Both the position numbers and the translations under genes were made by a program. The notes beneath the pieces were generated by a model, which searched no databases, was not told the origin of the DNA, and worked only from the letters and a program-made list of their open reading frames with translations. This document shows, in pieces, positions 28,952 to 39,063 of a DNA stretch of 53,730 nt (the stretch's first letter is position 1; each line of letters starts with the position of its first letter). Origin of the DNA: a virus (lineage: Duplodnaviria; Caudoviricetes); the IMG/VR virus record IMGVR_UViG_3300003319_000115, positions 1 through 53,730 of that record, one strand, 5' to 3'.

Positions 28952-29257
28952 TTAACCCTTATTCAAATTAAACGTAAACTTAACTCCTGTTGTTCCAGCG
29001 GCACTTAGCCGAACTCCTACCCTAACAAGTCCCACAACCTCAAAGCTATAAATACCAGCCGCATTCATACTATTAGCCGACGCACCACTATTAATATTCT
29101 TAACAGGAATCACAACCCACACTGTTCCGTTAACAGTACCAACAATTTCAATCGTTCCATCACCAGACTCAAATTGAACAGCCGCTCCACCATTAATGTC
29201 ATTGACATCAAGGGGGGCGATAGAGTTGAGTGTGGTTAGAGTTTTAGAGAAGTACAT
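28952..29257 (-). CDS. small beta-sandwich virion-type protein, first gene of the late arm
   Basis: GT.EI.GTVNGT.W pattern; AGGA SD. Confidence 0.55.
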   Translation of the reverse strand: MYFSKTLTTLNSIAPLDVNDINGGAAVQFESGDGTIEIVGTVNGTVWVVIPVKNINSGASANSMNAAGIYSFEVVGLVRVGVRLSAAGTTGVKFTFNLNKG

Positions 29258-30009
29258 ATTTAATCCTAGTTATCAGTCAACGTAACTTCCCCTAAGTGTA
29301 ATATAGTTAACAGCTCAACCTAAGGCTACCCTTACCTTAAGTTATTTCCCCATGTATTTAACGAAGGGTCCTAGTTTTGCTAGAGCACAAAATGAGCTAT
29401 ATTTATCCGTCGTTACTCCCTTTAGTAACTCACTCTTAAATAACTCACTCTAAAAATGCCGCACGTTTTGTGGGAGAGTCATAATTTAACCTTTTACTTA
29501 TGAATTTCCCCCCACCCCCCTAAGTGCTATAGTGAATCGCTAAAGGACTTTGTTCGTTGTCCTTGACTAGCACCGAGTCGTGGTGTGTTCGCTGCGCTCA
29601 CTCGATGAGATTTATAAAGGTGTGCTCGCTTACGCTCGCTTTTTGCCAAAGCGCCAACAGCATGGTACGCTCACTTCGTTCGCTTTTGTTGGATTAAAGG
29701 ATTGGCTACGCGTTAACTGCATGACAGTTGCATAAAGGCTATTACTCGCTAATACCGTTCAGCAACAATGTTAACGGCCTGCGGCCCGCTTTAGTATAGT
29801 CATATTGCTAGTCTCTAGTGATACTAGATAAATGTGCTGCTGCTAACGCGGTAGCTCACGCGGGCATGTCGCACGCACGCAACAACGTTAGGCGTTAGGC
29901 GTTGTCGTTAGGCTACAGTTTGTAACGATTAGGTAACGATGCGTTGGCACAGAGTATGCCTTAGTGAAAGGTAGTTATCTTCCCTACTCACTCTTTCACT
30001 GAGGTTGCT
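29258..30009. promoter_or_regulatory. divergent control region / candidate physical genome end
   Basis: 750 bp non-coding between opposing arms; C-tract 29507-29520, duplicated taactcactct, cgttagg repeats, hairpin motifs. Confidence 0.6.
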
Positions 30010-30579
30010 ATGACGAACTGGATCGCAATCGTGATGTACATGCTTCGTGAACTCGCGCGCAACTCTGTTGTGCGTGACTTCGCCACGTTCACGCAGCGTG
30101 ACGCTATGCAGCGTGCGGACTGTGCTCGGTTGATGGTTGATTCCGAGGTGTCGCGTTTCCTCTCTGAGTTTAACGCCCGCTTTGGTAACGACCACCGCGC
30201 AATCGCTGTACACCTTCTCGCCCAGGCAACCAAGGAACAGATTCGCGAGATCGGTACGACTCCGCTGCCTCTTGGCTACACGCTGGTAACCAAGAAGAAG
30301 CGTGCTCGGCGCACACCTAAGCCTCTCACGCTCAAGAACGCTGGCCCGCGCAAGCTGAGCGCATTCGAACGTTATCATGCTGACCGCACGTTGTTCCGTG
30401 ACGAGACGGAAGTTGATTCCCAGACATTTCGCCCAGGCTATGACGGTGAGGGGGCCGTTAACGCGCGTACCGGGCGTTGTGCAGGAAGCTGGGGTAAGCC
30501 TGCTAAGGTGCGTTCGCCATTCCGAGTTATTGTCAAGTACGTGAACGGGGTTGCTTGCGTCGGATTGCCGACTAAGTAA
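30010..30579 (+). CDS. first early gene, basic hypothetical protein
   Basis: GAGGT SD, followed by a terminator. Confidence 0.7.
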   Translation: MTNWIAIVMYMLRELARNSVVRDFATFTQRDAMQRADCARLMVDSEVSRFLSEFNARFGNDHRAIAVHLLAQATKEQIREIGTTPLPLGYTLVTKKKRARRTPKPLTLKNAGPRKLSAFERYHADRTLFRDETEVDSQTFRPGYDGEGAVNARTGRCAGSWGKPAKVRSPFRVIVKYVNGVACVGLPTK

Positions 30580-30584
30580 CTTCA

Positions 30585-30626
30585 CTGAGGGGTGTGTCGA
30601 AATGACACGCCTCTCAGAAATTTTTT
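30585..30626 (+). terminator. intrinsic terminator
   Basis: ctgaggggtgtgtc-gaaat-gacacgcctctcag stem then aaatttttt. Confidence 0.7.
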
Positions 30627-30976
30627 AAAAACCCGTTCGGGATGTTACGATTGGCGAGTAAACATTAGCTGGCACTTAAGCTAACAACACTCACCTAAAC
30701 AGCTAATACGTTCGCCCGCCGGCGTAACCCAGGAGCAACAACAAGGACTGCTCGCAAAATTGCTCGCATGTTGTAGTTCTTTAAGGACTGCTCGCTAGCG
30801 CTCGCGATTGTTGAACAACGCCGGAAAGGGAAATGTGGTTGGACCAAAGGACTTGGGGTTGAAGTGCGTTTGATGAGAACAACTACTAAGCTACTACCTT
30901 ACAATAAGCCACTAAATATCTTTTGTTCGGTTCGGCCGCTTCGCTATGAAGCCGAACCTCACTCTAGGAGGTAGTT

Positions 30977-31171
30977 ATGTATCACGTGATTGGTGAAGAT
31001 TCGTTCGATAATCTACTTGATGGTGCGAGTGAAGTTTCGTACTTCTATGCGGGCTCCTACGAAGATATGGAAGAAGTACGTCATGTTTGTTGGCGCATTG
31101 ATGATTACGATGTACACGCGTTTGTGTACGATGAGTTTGGTAATGAAGTGGAAGTTCCTAATCGTCGTTAA
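30977..31171 (+). CDS. small acidic early protein
   Basis: AGGAGG SD; D/E-rich. Confidence 0.75.
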   Translation: MYHVIGEDSFDNLLDGASEVSYFYAGSYEDMEEVRHVCWRIDDYDVHAFVYDEFGNEVEVPNRR

Positions 31172-31208
31172 GTTAATTAGTTCTTTTCCACTCACTGAGG
31201 AAAATACA

Positions 31209-31553
31209 ATGTACTTCATTCAGCTTGTTGGTTCCGATCGCACGTTCACGGACATGAGCACGGTTATCGAGTCCGCTGTTTGTGATCGTTTCTCGCAGCT
31301 ACTTCAGGTGAAGCGCAACACGGACATGTACGACAACGTTCAGCTTCGTGTGCTGAAGGAGGAGACGAACTACTACGGTGATGTGAGCTACGTTGACGTT
31401 AGCGTGGACTTTCACGCACTGTTGTATGGTACGAAGAAGGTGTGCGACTTCCGTGATGACGATGATTGCACAGAAGTTGCAACGCACTCGTTCGGTTTGT
31501 ACGACGTTTGCGCTAACTGCCACCGTAAGCTTCTCGTTCAGGAGGACCGTTGA
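31209..31553 (+). CDS. early protein with C-terminal Cys cluster
   Basis: GAGG SD; C..C...CANC. Confidence 0.7.
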   Translation: MYFIQLVGSDRTFTDMSTVIESAVCDRFSQLLQVKRNTDMYDNVQLRVLKEETNYYGDVSYVDVSVDFHALLYGTKKVCDFRDDDDCTEVATHSFGLYDVCANCHRKLLVQEDR

Positions 31554-31554
31554 T

Positions 31555-31899
31555 ATGTTCGCGCTCGATAAGTACAACGCGGGGTCTATCTTATTCACTC
31601 TGGACACTGTTCCGGAGTGGAGAGAGTTAGTTGCTATTCAAAGTCTTGACCGTTTAGCCTATTCCCTGCGTATGAGCAACCTCATGCTTGTTGAGGATTG
31701 CGTTGACTTAGTTAAGTTTCAGAGTCCAACAGAACTCACGTACAACAGCTACGTAGGCGATTACGAAGAGGATTTCGACTTCAACGCAGAGTGGGCTGAG
31801 TACGAGAGGGACAGGTACACGTTTGCGGGGGACACTGAGGACGAAGAAGATAACTACGTAGAGTTCCTTGTAGAGGAGGGAACAGACGACGAGTTCTGA
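31555..31899 (+). CDS. acidic early protein
   Basis: AGGAGG SD; very acidic C-terminus. Confidence 0.7.
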   Translation: MFALDKYNAGSILFTLDTVPEWRELVAIQSLDRLAYSLRMSNLMLVEDCVDLVKFQSPTELTYNSYVGDYEEDFDFNAEWAEYERDRYTFAGDTEDEEDNYVEFLVEEGTDDEF

Positions 31900-31984
31900 G
31901 TCACACTGGAGACTGAGTGTTCGGTTAACTACTAACTGGACACTCAGTTCCCATAAACAGCTACAGTGACAGTGCTACCAACTA

Positions 31985-32090
31985 GTAACGCACTATTACT
32001 TAGTAACGTGCTTCGGGCTAGCTCCACGTAATGCACTATTGCTTAGCAATGGCACACCAGTACGGTTCACGTAACGCACTATTGCTCACC
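31985..32090. repeat. three 43-bp-period repeats with conserved gtaaYgcactattRct core
   Basis: Cores start at 31985, 32028 and 32071. Confidence 0.8.
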
Positions 32091-32498
32091 ACGTGCCTCA
32101 CACTACGCTTCCCGTACCACGCTTAACCCCCGTGTCGCTGGATGATACCAGGAGCGGATTTTTTCGTTTTGTTAAGTTGTACTCACTGTGTTTACTTACT
32201 ACTACGTTCCCGTTCGTTGTGGCGCTTACGCTACTACTCACATTCCCGTTCGCGTTGCCCCTTCGCTTCGCTACGGGGGGCAACACTCACTAGGAGTTGG
32301 TTATGATTATTATAGATTCGAATAGAAGAGGTGAGATTTTTGTATTTGTTGAGGTTAACAAACATTCAAGCGCTCACACTATATTGAGCAAAGAATGTGA
32401 AGAACCACCAGACAGAGCACAGATCAACATGCGCGAATATACAATCTATAAGTTTACTAATTCAAAAAATATTCCTCAACTTACACTATACCTTTAAA

Positions 32499-32846
32499 AT
32501 GTCTAATCAGGTCGAAGTCACTGGCGATTTTCTCGTGAACATGGCTCAGAAGAACGACATTTTGCTGTATCGTGCAATTCTCTATATTAACAAGCGTTCC
32601 GGTTGGAGTGAGAATCACAAAAAGTTCATGAACTCGCTTGCTACGAGGATCGAATTTAAGCTTAATACTGAGAGTGATAACGTACTCACTTCCAAGCAAC
32701 TCGAAGTTGCTCGGCGCATTATCACTCATTACGGTCCGCTGCTTCTATGTGCGCACCATGAGAAGGTTGAGATGAGGAAGGAGAGAAAGAGGAATAGTGG
32801 TGTTACTACTAACAACACTTCCAATGATTCGATTCAAGCGGCATAA
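32499..32846 (+). CDS. hypothetical protein resembling the N-terminal module of some phage SNF2 helicases
   Basis: GW....F..SLA....LT.KQ...ARR....Y...L pattern. Confidence 0.55.
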   Translation: MSNQVEVTGDFLVNMAQKNDILLYRAILYINKRSGWSENHKKFMNSLATRIEFKLNTESDNVLTSKQLEVARRIITHYGPLLLCAHHEKVEMRKERKRNSGVTTNNTSNDSIQAA

Positions 32847-33853
32847 GACAGTAAACAAACAGACAATTCACGTATTCAATGTGAACGGGGCTGAAGTTGA
32901 GTTTAACGTTAGTGAAAACGTTTACTGGTGTCACGCTTGTCGTACTGACAACTGTCGTCATATTGAAGCTCTTAGCTCTCACGATTATGACTAAAAACAA
33001 GTGTCCCAACTGCAACAAGTTCGTCGGTAATAGGCTCGTGTACATTGTCGAGTATTTCGTCAATCGTGTATTCACCTATAAGTTTCAATGTAACAACTGT
33101 CGTTCCTTTTCCGGTATCGTAGTTGGCTTTACCACTACTCACATTAAGTAATTATGCGATTCTCCGAGGCTTGTGAACGTGCATTCTCTGAAGCAAAAGA
33201 GCAGCGTGATACATTCGTAGTTGTTCAGGTTACAACTCAGATTGATACAACTTTCGGTTACATGCACCAAAGGGAATACACCGGCTCAAACGCTGTTGCA
33301 GAAGCAATCAATCTCATTGTAGACGGTCCGGTTTCCGTAATTATCGCTGCAACCATTCACCCAATTTAACTATGTTCTGGTTCGAAGTTTGGTTCAATGG
33401 TGATCGTGGAAAGCGTTGGTTTTGTTTATGTAACGTTGAGTTAACCGTAGTAGAGTCAATGGAGTTGGTTAGTAAAGCTCGTTCTGCTCTTGGTATCTCT
33501 GGTAACTCCACTTACGAATTCACCCTCAATCCAGCAAAGTAATGACTAAGCGAAAGCCTTATACACAGAATGACGCTCGTTACGATATTAGCATTGCTCA
33601 GAACTTAGTTAGTAATGCAGAGTATTTGGAGCGAGATGCTAGTGATTTCAGTGTATCACTCAGTGAATATTCTCGTATTACTTTGCGTAGTCAAGCAATG
33701 CTAATGCGTAGTCGTGCGAACAGAAAGCTAAGTAAGGTTCGTGGCGCAGTTATCAACTGTGTCAGAACGACACGCCCAGAGAAGTACCTAGAACTACTTG
33801 ATGCGTTGAATCTTCCCTTTGTCTTGAGGGAGGGTATTGACAACGAACCCTAA
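32824..33853 (+). CDS. run of small early ORFs (32824-32994 SWIM-like Zn finger; 32987-33151 CxxC Zn ribbon; 33154-33369; ~33372-33542; 33542-33853)
   Basis: Tightly packed ORFs; WCHAC....CRHI and CPNC...CNNC motifs. Confidence 0.6.
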
Positions 33854-33862
33854 ACTTGGCTC

Positions 33863-33891
33863 TTGACTTTTTCGTTGTACCATGTTATATT
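33863..33891 (+). promoter_or_regulatory. sigma70-type promoter, extended -10
   Basis: TTGACT-17bp-TATATT with TG; same architecture at three other sites. Confidence 0.8.
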
Positions 33892-33958
33892 ATAGTCGTG
33901 GTTCGGTTGCTGAGCACCCTGTTCAGTTAACCATTAACCGTTTTAAGAGGAACTAAAA

Positions 33959-34360
33959 ATGCTTCTCGTTAAGGACACCATTAAGGGAAAGAATGTTGCC
34001 GCCGAGGGAGAGATTCCTGAGCAGGAAATCGAAGTTGAGATTCTTCAGTGTGAGAATCTTGAAGAGTGCATTCAGGATGCTGGTAGCGAGAATAACCTTC
34101 GTGATGCGTACAACGATCACAAGCGTAATCGTGCGCTGACTGCTGGACGTAATCAGTATCGTAACGCTCCGAAGGGAACGATTGTCAGTGAGCTTATCGA
34201 AAAGGTTAAGAACACTGTCAAGAACTTCTCGCTCTCTGAGTCTGAGCGTGGAATGGGCGTTAAGAAGAAGGCTGAGAAGGTTGATATGCTCAAGGCCGCA
34301 CTTGAGGCTGGTAAGGAGTTTTCGCGTGAGGAACTGCTTGCGATGCTGGCGAGTCGTTAA
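33959..34360 (+). CDS. monocistronic hypothetical protein, probably highly expressed
   Basis: Own promoter, AGAGGA SD, downstream terminator. Confidence 0.8.
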   Translation: MLLVKDTIKGKNVAAEGEIPEQEIEVEILQCENLEECIQDAGSENNLRDAYNDHKRNRALTAGRNQYRNAPKGTIVSELIEKVKNTVKNFSLSESERGMGVKKKAEKVDMLKAALEAGKEFSREELLAMLASR

Positions 34361-34370
34361 GGTTAGTTAG

Positions 34371-34440
34371 AGTAAGTTAAGGGTACTAAGTGATTGAGGT
34401 TTATTTAGCTCACTCACTTAGTACCCTTAATTTGCTTTTA
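34371..34440 (+). terminator. long hairpin / terminator
   Basis: agtaagttaagggtactaagtga ... tcacttagtacccttaatttgct followed by T-rich sequence. Confidence 0.65.
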
Positions 34441-34474
34441 ATTACTTGTTACTTCACGTTCGTTTGTGTCTTAT

Positions 34475-34746
34475 TTATTTCCCCATATTCCCTGTATTCC
34501 CATGGAACACGGGGAGAGAGATTGGAGCTTGGTTGTCTCTTTTTTCGGACACTGTATCAGTTTGACACACCCTAGGTCGCTTTTGTAACAATTTTATATA
34601 TTAAAAAAAAAAAAATAAAAAAGAAGAGAACAGGCACAGAACTTGAGCAGAGTCAAAATGACACAGGGAGATAGTGTATCAGAAAGACACACTCAACTAA
34701 CCTTCTCCCCGTGTTCCCCATTTTTCCAGGGAATATAGGGAAATAA
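34475..34746. repeat. bipartite long inverted repeat around an A/T core; candidate replication origin
   Basis: 34475-94 vs 34727-46 (1 mismatch); 34504-17 vs 34704-17 (perfect); A13 tract at 34603-15. Confidence 0.7.
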
Positions 34747-34751
34747 CTCTA

Positions 34752-36795
34752 ATGATTGAAGATAATAAAGATATTCAATGTCAAGGTTGTGGTAGAAAGT
34801 TAGAGAAGGATGACATAAATAAAGTAGATGAGTTAATTCTCTGTTTGTTTTGCTTGCCGAGTGTTGAAGAAATTAAAGAGTTCTACAAAAGGAAATAACT
34901 AATGCTCAATTATTATATTACTCCACGTTATGAATATACAGACCTATTGTGGATGATTGGTGTAGCTTGGGAGACTCATAATTATTATAACTATCAAGCT
35001 TGCATAGAACTCGATCTTCCACAATGGATAGTTAAATGATTATTAAGATTGGAGCATATAGGATAAAATTAGAGTTCAAGATTTATAAAGTTAATAAGCG
35101 AAACCAGCAAACAGTTATGAAGAATCTACCCTTCATATCTGAGAAGGATATATATATGACAAGAGAGGAACTCGAGATGCTAAATGAGAAAGTCAGAAAC
35201 TATAAGCTATAACTTCACCGACTTTTGGTACATAGCTCTAATTAGTACTCTCGGTGAGTGTTGGGTTAAACACAACTATAAGACTTATAATTACATTCTT
35301 ACTAACAAACTCAATGAGCTTTCAAGAAGAACTAACCAAGCTAACTGACACTCAATTGGCAGCTAGAGCAGCTGATGTAATTATGGATATTATTAGCAAC
35401 AACATGAGTCGCTCCGTCGCTGAGTTAAAGCTTGGTGATATCACGTACGAAGCAAAGAAGAGACAGACTGAGAAAAAGAAAACACTCAACTCACTATGAT
35501 TATCAACGAAAATGGCGAGCTTGATCCATATATTCTAGCTCGTACAGAGTTAATTAACGCTATTAACGCAGCTGATAAAACTACATATTTCGCTGCATTT
35601 CCAGAAAAGAAAGATAGAGCAATAGCTACTGTATACATTCTCGAAGATATAATCGAAAAGTTTGCAGGAAAGTTATTCTTGCAAAAAATCATTAACAAAG
35701 AATAAACAATGAAAAAAGTATTCTTCGCCAAAGATTATACGAAAGCCGTAGCGTATAAGGAGAATACTTATCCCTCCATTATGGTCCGAGAGCTTCACGC
35801 AACTCTGGGACCACTTTATGTGATTATTCCGGTGCCCACAAAAGAACGTTCACCTTATAGGGACATTGATTAAAATGCACCCAAACGAGCCACTTTTGGT
35901 TACCAACGTCGGTTGGAATAATAACGTTCCAACTTACGATTATACGAACGATTTCAAGCGTTTAGAGAGTAATGCATTTCACCTCGATTATCTCGATTGG
36001 AAGGGTTCTACCAACAATCCTGATTATCTTCGCGTTCAAGCTATGGATGCACAAGCAATGCGTCAGGCTTACGAGATTCTTGGTGTTGTTGAACCTTCAC
36101 CTGAACTCTAATGGCCCAAACACTAGAACAATTAGAGTCACTAATTAACGATGTAGCACTAGAATTAGGCAAGACTCTATTCTCACTCAAGCCCGGAATG
36201 TTTCGAATTTATTATGATAGTTCTTTGGAATCTTTGTTCAAGATCAAGGGTGGACCTCTAGTTGAAATCTACTTAGGAATCGGTCCCAACGACAAGGATT
36301 TCCGCTACGCCATTTTCGATTCCTTGAAGCAAGTTAAGTCGCTATACAAGCCAATGGCTTTGGTTCCTTATACGTTGAGTAAAAAGGATAAAAAGTCTAA
36401 ACTCAAAAAGGAACGTTGGGAACCTGAGTTTAAGCTTGACGAACGCCGCGTGCGCTTCACCACAAAGACAATTACGGAAGTAACAGCTACAGATCGCTTT
36501 ACAAATATTTCCGTAACACTGAAATCGAGCAAAATCAACGATATTGCGCTTAAGGAAGAGGCGCTAATTATTCTTTCACGTCGTGTTGAGTCCTACTATG
36601 AATCTCAAGCTGACGGACAGTGAAATTGAAGATGGTTGGACATTCAAAGTAGAATACAAAGGAACTTATGCTTGTTTTTATAGTTTCCATTCAGCAGCAC
36701 TAACTTACGCACGTCAGCTTAATGAGTTTAGTGCTATCGCTCCTAAATTCTACGTAAATTTTAACTACACTTGGATCGAACTCACAGCCTTGTAA
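34752..36795 (+). CDS. run of small hypothetical ORFs (e.g. 34752-~34902 CxxC protein, 35314-35499, 35496-35705, 35875-36111, 36111-36623, 36598-36795)
   Basis: Consecutive, often overlapping start/stop codons. Confidence 0.55.
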
Positions 36796-36800
36796 CTAAA

Positions 36801-38873
36801 ATGCCAAACCCACTCGACGATTACGATAAGGAAGAGGCTGATCTTCTCAAGCGTATTGAAGAAATTCGCCGGCGTAAACAGCTAGCTGAGGAGGCTTTGA
36901 AGAATAGCATTAAGCCTCTGTTGCTTACGGTGAATGAAGTTTTGGGCAAATCCTATGTCCGTACAAGGGTTAATGAAGCGCGGGCTGATTTCATTGCTGT
37001 GTGTTCGCGAATTGCTGAGCGTACTTATGTAGAGCAACAGCGAGTTAATAACATTCCCTTGCTTTATTGGAATGATTTTCTTACTCGCGTTCAAGCCCTT
37101 CCCGAAGTAACTATCACTTACGATCTTGGTGTTGAGGACGAGATTAAAGCTATCACAGAAGGTCCACGCTTTTTCGTAGACATTAAAGACGGAAAGTTTA
37201 CAATTCAGTGTACAGTTTTCGCAAAGAATAAGTGGAAGCTATATAACATTCCTTCTGCACACCAGAAGCATAATCAGTCCTTCTGGACAGTGAGCATGAG
37301 CGAAGCTCACTTGGTTGCGGAAGCTTTAAAGGACGAGCATGTTGAGTACACAGAGAATGCTTCCACATTTATTGAAGAAAGGGTTCGTATTAGAGCCCTA
37401 ATCGACGTTATTGCTACGAAAGAGGACACTGATCTGGTTCTCGATCTTAATGGTAACTCTCTCCGTAACTTCCAAAAAGTTGGCGTCGAATTCATTAATG
37501 CCGTAGATGGTAACGGTATTATTGCTGACGAGATGGGTCTTGGAAAGACTCCACAGGGAATTGGTGCGTGTGTATTTAATAACTGGCGCACCCTTGTAAT
37601 CTGTCCTGCTTCCCTAAAGACTAATTGGTACCGGGAAATCTACAAGTTCACCGGAAAGCAAGCTACGGTTCTGTTCGGTAGCATTCCAGATGAATACGAC
37701 ATTGTTAAACTCATTGTCGATAAGCCTACTTGGACGATTGTCAACTATGATATGATTTCGAAGAACGTCGATATTATGGACGACAAAACCAAAGAGAAGG
37801 TTAAAAAGTGGCCTTGGATTGATCTAATTAATATTGCAGGGTTCGATGCAATCCTGATTGACGAGGCGCATTACATTAAGAATGTGGGGAGTTTGCGTTC
37901 TCAAGCGTCCAGAATGCTTAAAGCCCCACACATTATGCCACTCACCGGAACACCATTGATGAATCGGCCTTCTGAACTCTGGCCCCTTCTTACGATGGTT
38001 GCTCCGAATCAGTTTCCCAGTTATGAGCAGTTTACGTTGCGTTACACTCACGACGGAAAGGAGGCTCGTAACGTTGAAGAACTCAAAAACCTACTTAAGT
38101 CCTACATGATTCGCCGTCTCAAGCGCGACGTAATTAAGGAACTTCCTCCAATCAATCGCATTTACGAAACTCATGATATGAGCGACGAAGCGATGAGGAA
38201 GTATAAGAAAGTGTTACAGGGGATTTATGAAGTCTTGGCTACTTATAAGCCCGGCCATGCTGGAGAGGAATGGAAAGTCACTAGTATTCTAACAGAGATT
38301 ATGCGTTTGAAGCAAATTTGTTCAGACGATAAGCTTGATAGGGCTAGTGAGATGGCGATTGAGCTTTATGATAGTGCGGACGTTGATGATCCAAACCGCA
38401 AGGTAATCATTTTCTCTCAGTTCGAAGGAGCAGTAAAGGAAATTGCAAAACGGCTTGGACATGAAGCGGTTTACTTTACAGGAAGTAATCCGATGCATGA
38501 ACGGACGAAGCTCCAAGACGAATTCCAGAACAACGATAAAGTTAAGTTCCTTGTAACAACAATGAGAGTTGCAGGAGAGGGACTAAACCTTACTCGCGCT
38601 GGAAGCGTGATCTTCGTTGATCTTGGTTGGACTCCTGCTATTCACGAACAAGCAGAAGCACGAGCTTATGGTAGGTTGTCGAATCTTCACTCTATCAACT
38701 CCTACTATCTAATCGCCTCCAACACTATCGAAGATTGGATTCAAGAGCTTTTGGCAATGAAGATGCGAATTATTACCGAAGTTGTCGAAGGCGTTAAGGA
38801 AGTTCGCGACTCCGATAGCTCTATTGCTAACGAAATCATTAAGCGTCTTAAGGATCAGATGGGGAGAGGTTAG
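36801..38873 (+). CDS. SNF2/SMARCAL1-like SF2 helicase
   Basis: IADEMGLGKT, ICPASLK.NW, IDEAH, LTGTP..NRP.EL, GEGLNL, QAEARAYGR. Confidence 0.93.
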   Translation: MPNPLDDYDKEEADLLKRIEEIRRRKQLAEEALKNSIKPLLLTVNEVLGKSYVRTRVNEARADFIAVCSRIAERTYVEQQRVNNIPLLYWNDFLTRVQALPEVTITYDLGVEDEIKAITEGPRFFVDIKDGKFTIQCTVFAKNKWKLYNIPSAHQKHNQSFWTVSMSEAHLVAEALKDEHVEYTENASTFIEERVRIRALIDVIATKEDTDLVLDLNGNSLRNFQKVGVEFINAVDGNGIIADEMGLGKTPQGIGACVFNNWRTLVICPASLKTNWYREIYKFTGKQATVLFGSIPDEYDIVKLIVDKPTWTIVNYDMISKNVDIMDDKTKEKVKKWPWIDLINIAGFDAILIDEAHYIKNVGSLRSQASRMLKAPHIMPLTGTPLMNRPSELWPLLTMVAPNQFPSYEQFTLRYTHDGKEARNVEELKNLLKSYMIRRLKRDVIKELPPINRIYETHDMSDEAMRKYKKVLQGIYEVLATYKPGHAGEEWKVTSILTEIMRLKQICSDDKLDRASEMAIELYDSADVDDPNRKVIIFSQFEGAVKEIAKRLGHEAVYFTGSNPMHERTKLQDEFQNNDKVKFLVTTMRVAGEGLNLTRAGSVIFVDLGWTPAIHEQAEARAYGRLSNLHSINSYYLIASNTIEDWIQELLAMKMRIITEVVEGVKEVRDSDSSIANEIIKRLKDQMGRG

Positions 38874-39063
38874 CTTCTAACAAGTTCACGTTGTATGGTG
38901 CCCTTCGCTAACGCTACGGGGGCACCATACAACTTAGTTAGGAACTTATCTCGCCATTGTTTAGTGGGTTGGCTACTCACAACAATGGGATAAGTTAGCC
39001 TAGCCAGCTAACGAGTGCGAGCCTGAACTCGCCGAGATAAGTTTCTCTTATAGGATATAACTC

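Noticed and set aside
31985-32110. CRISPR array
   Set aside because: Only three degenerate units, period 43 bp with ~17-20 nt variable parts, and no cas operon; the Cas4-like nuclease sits in a recombination module
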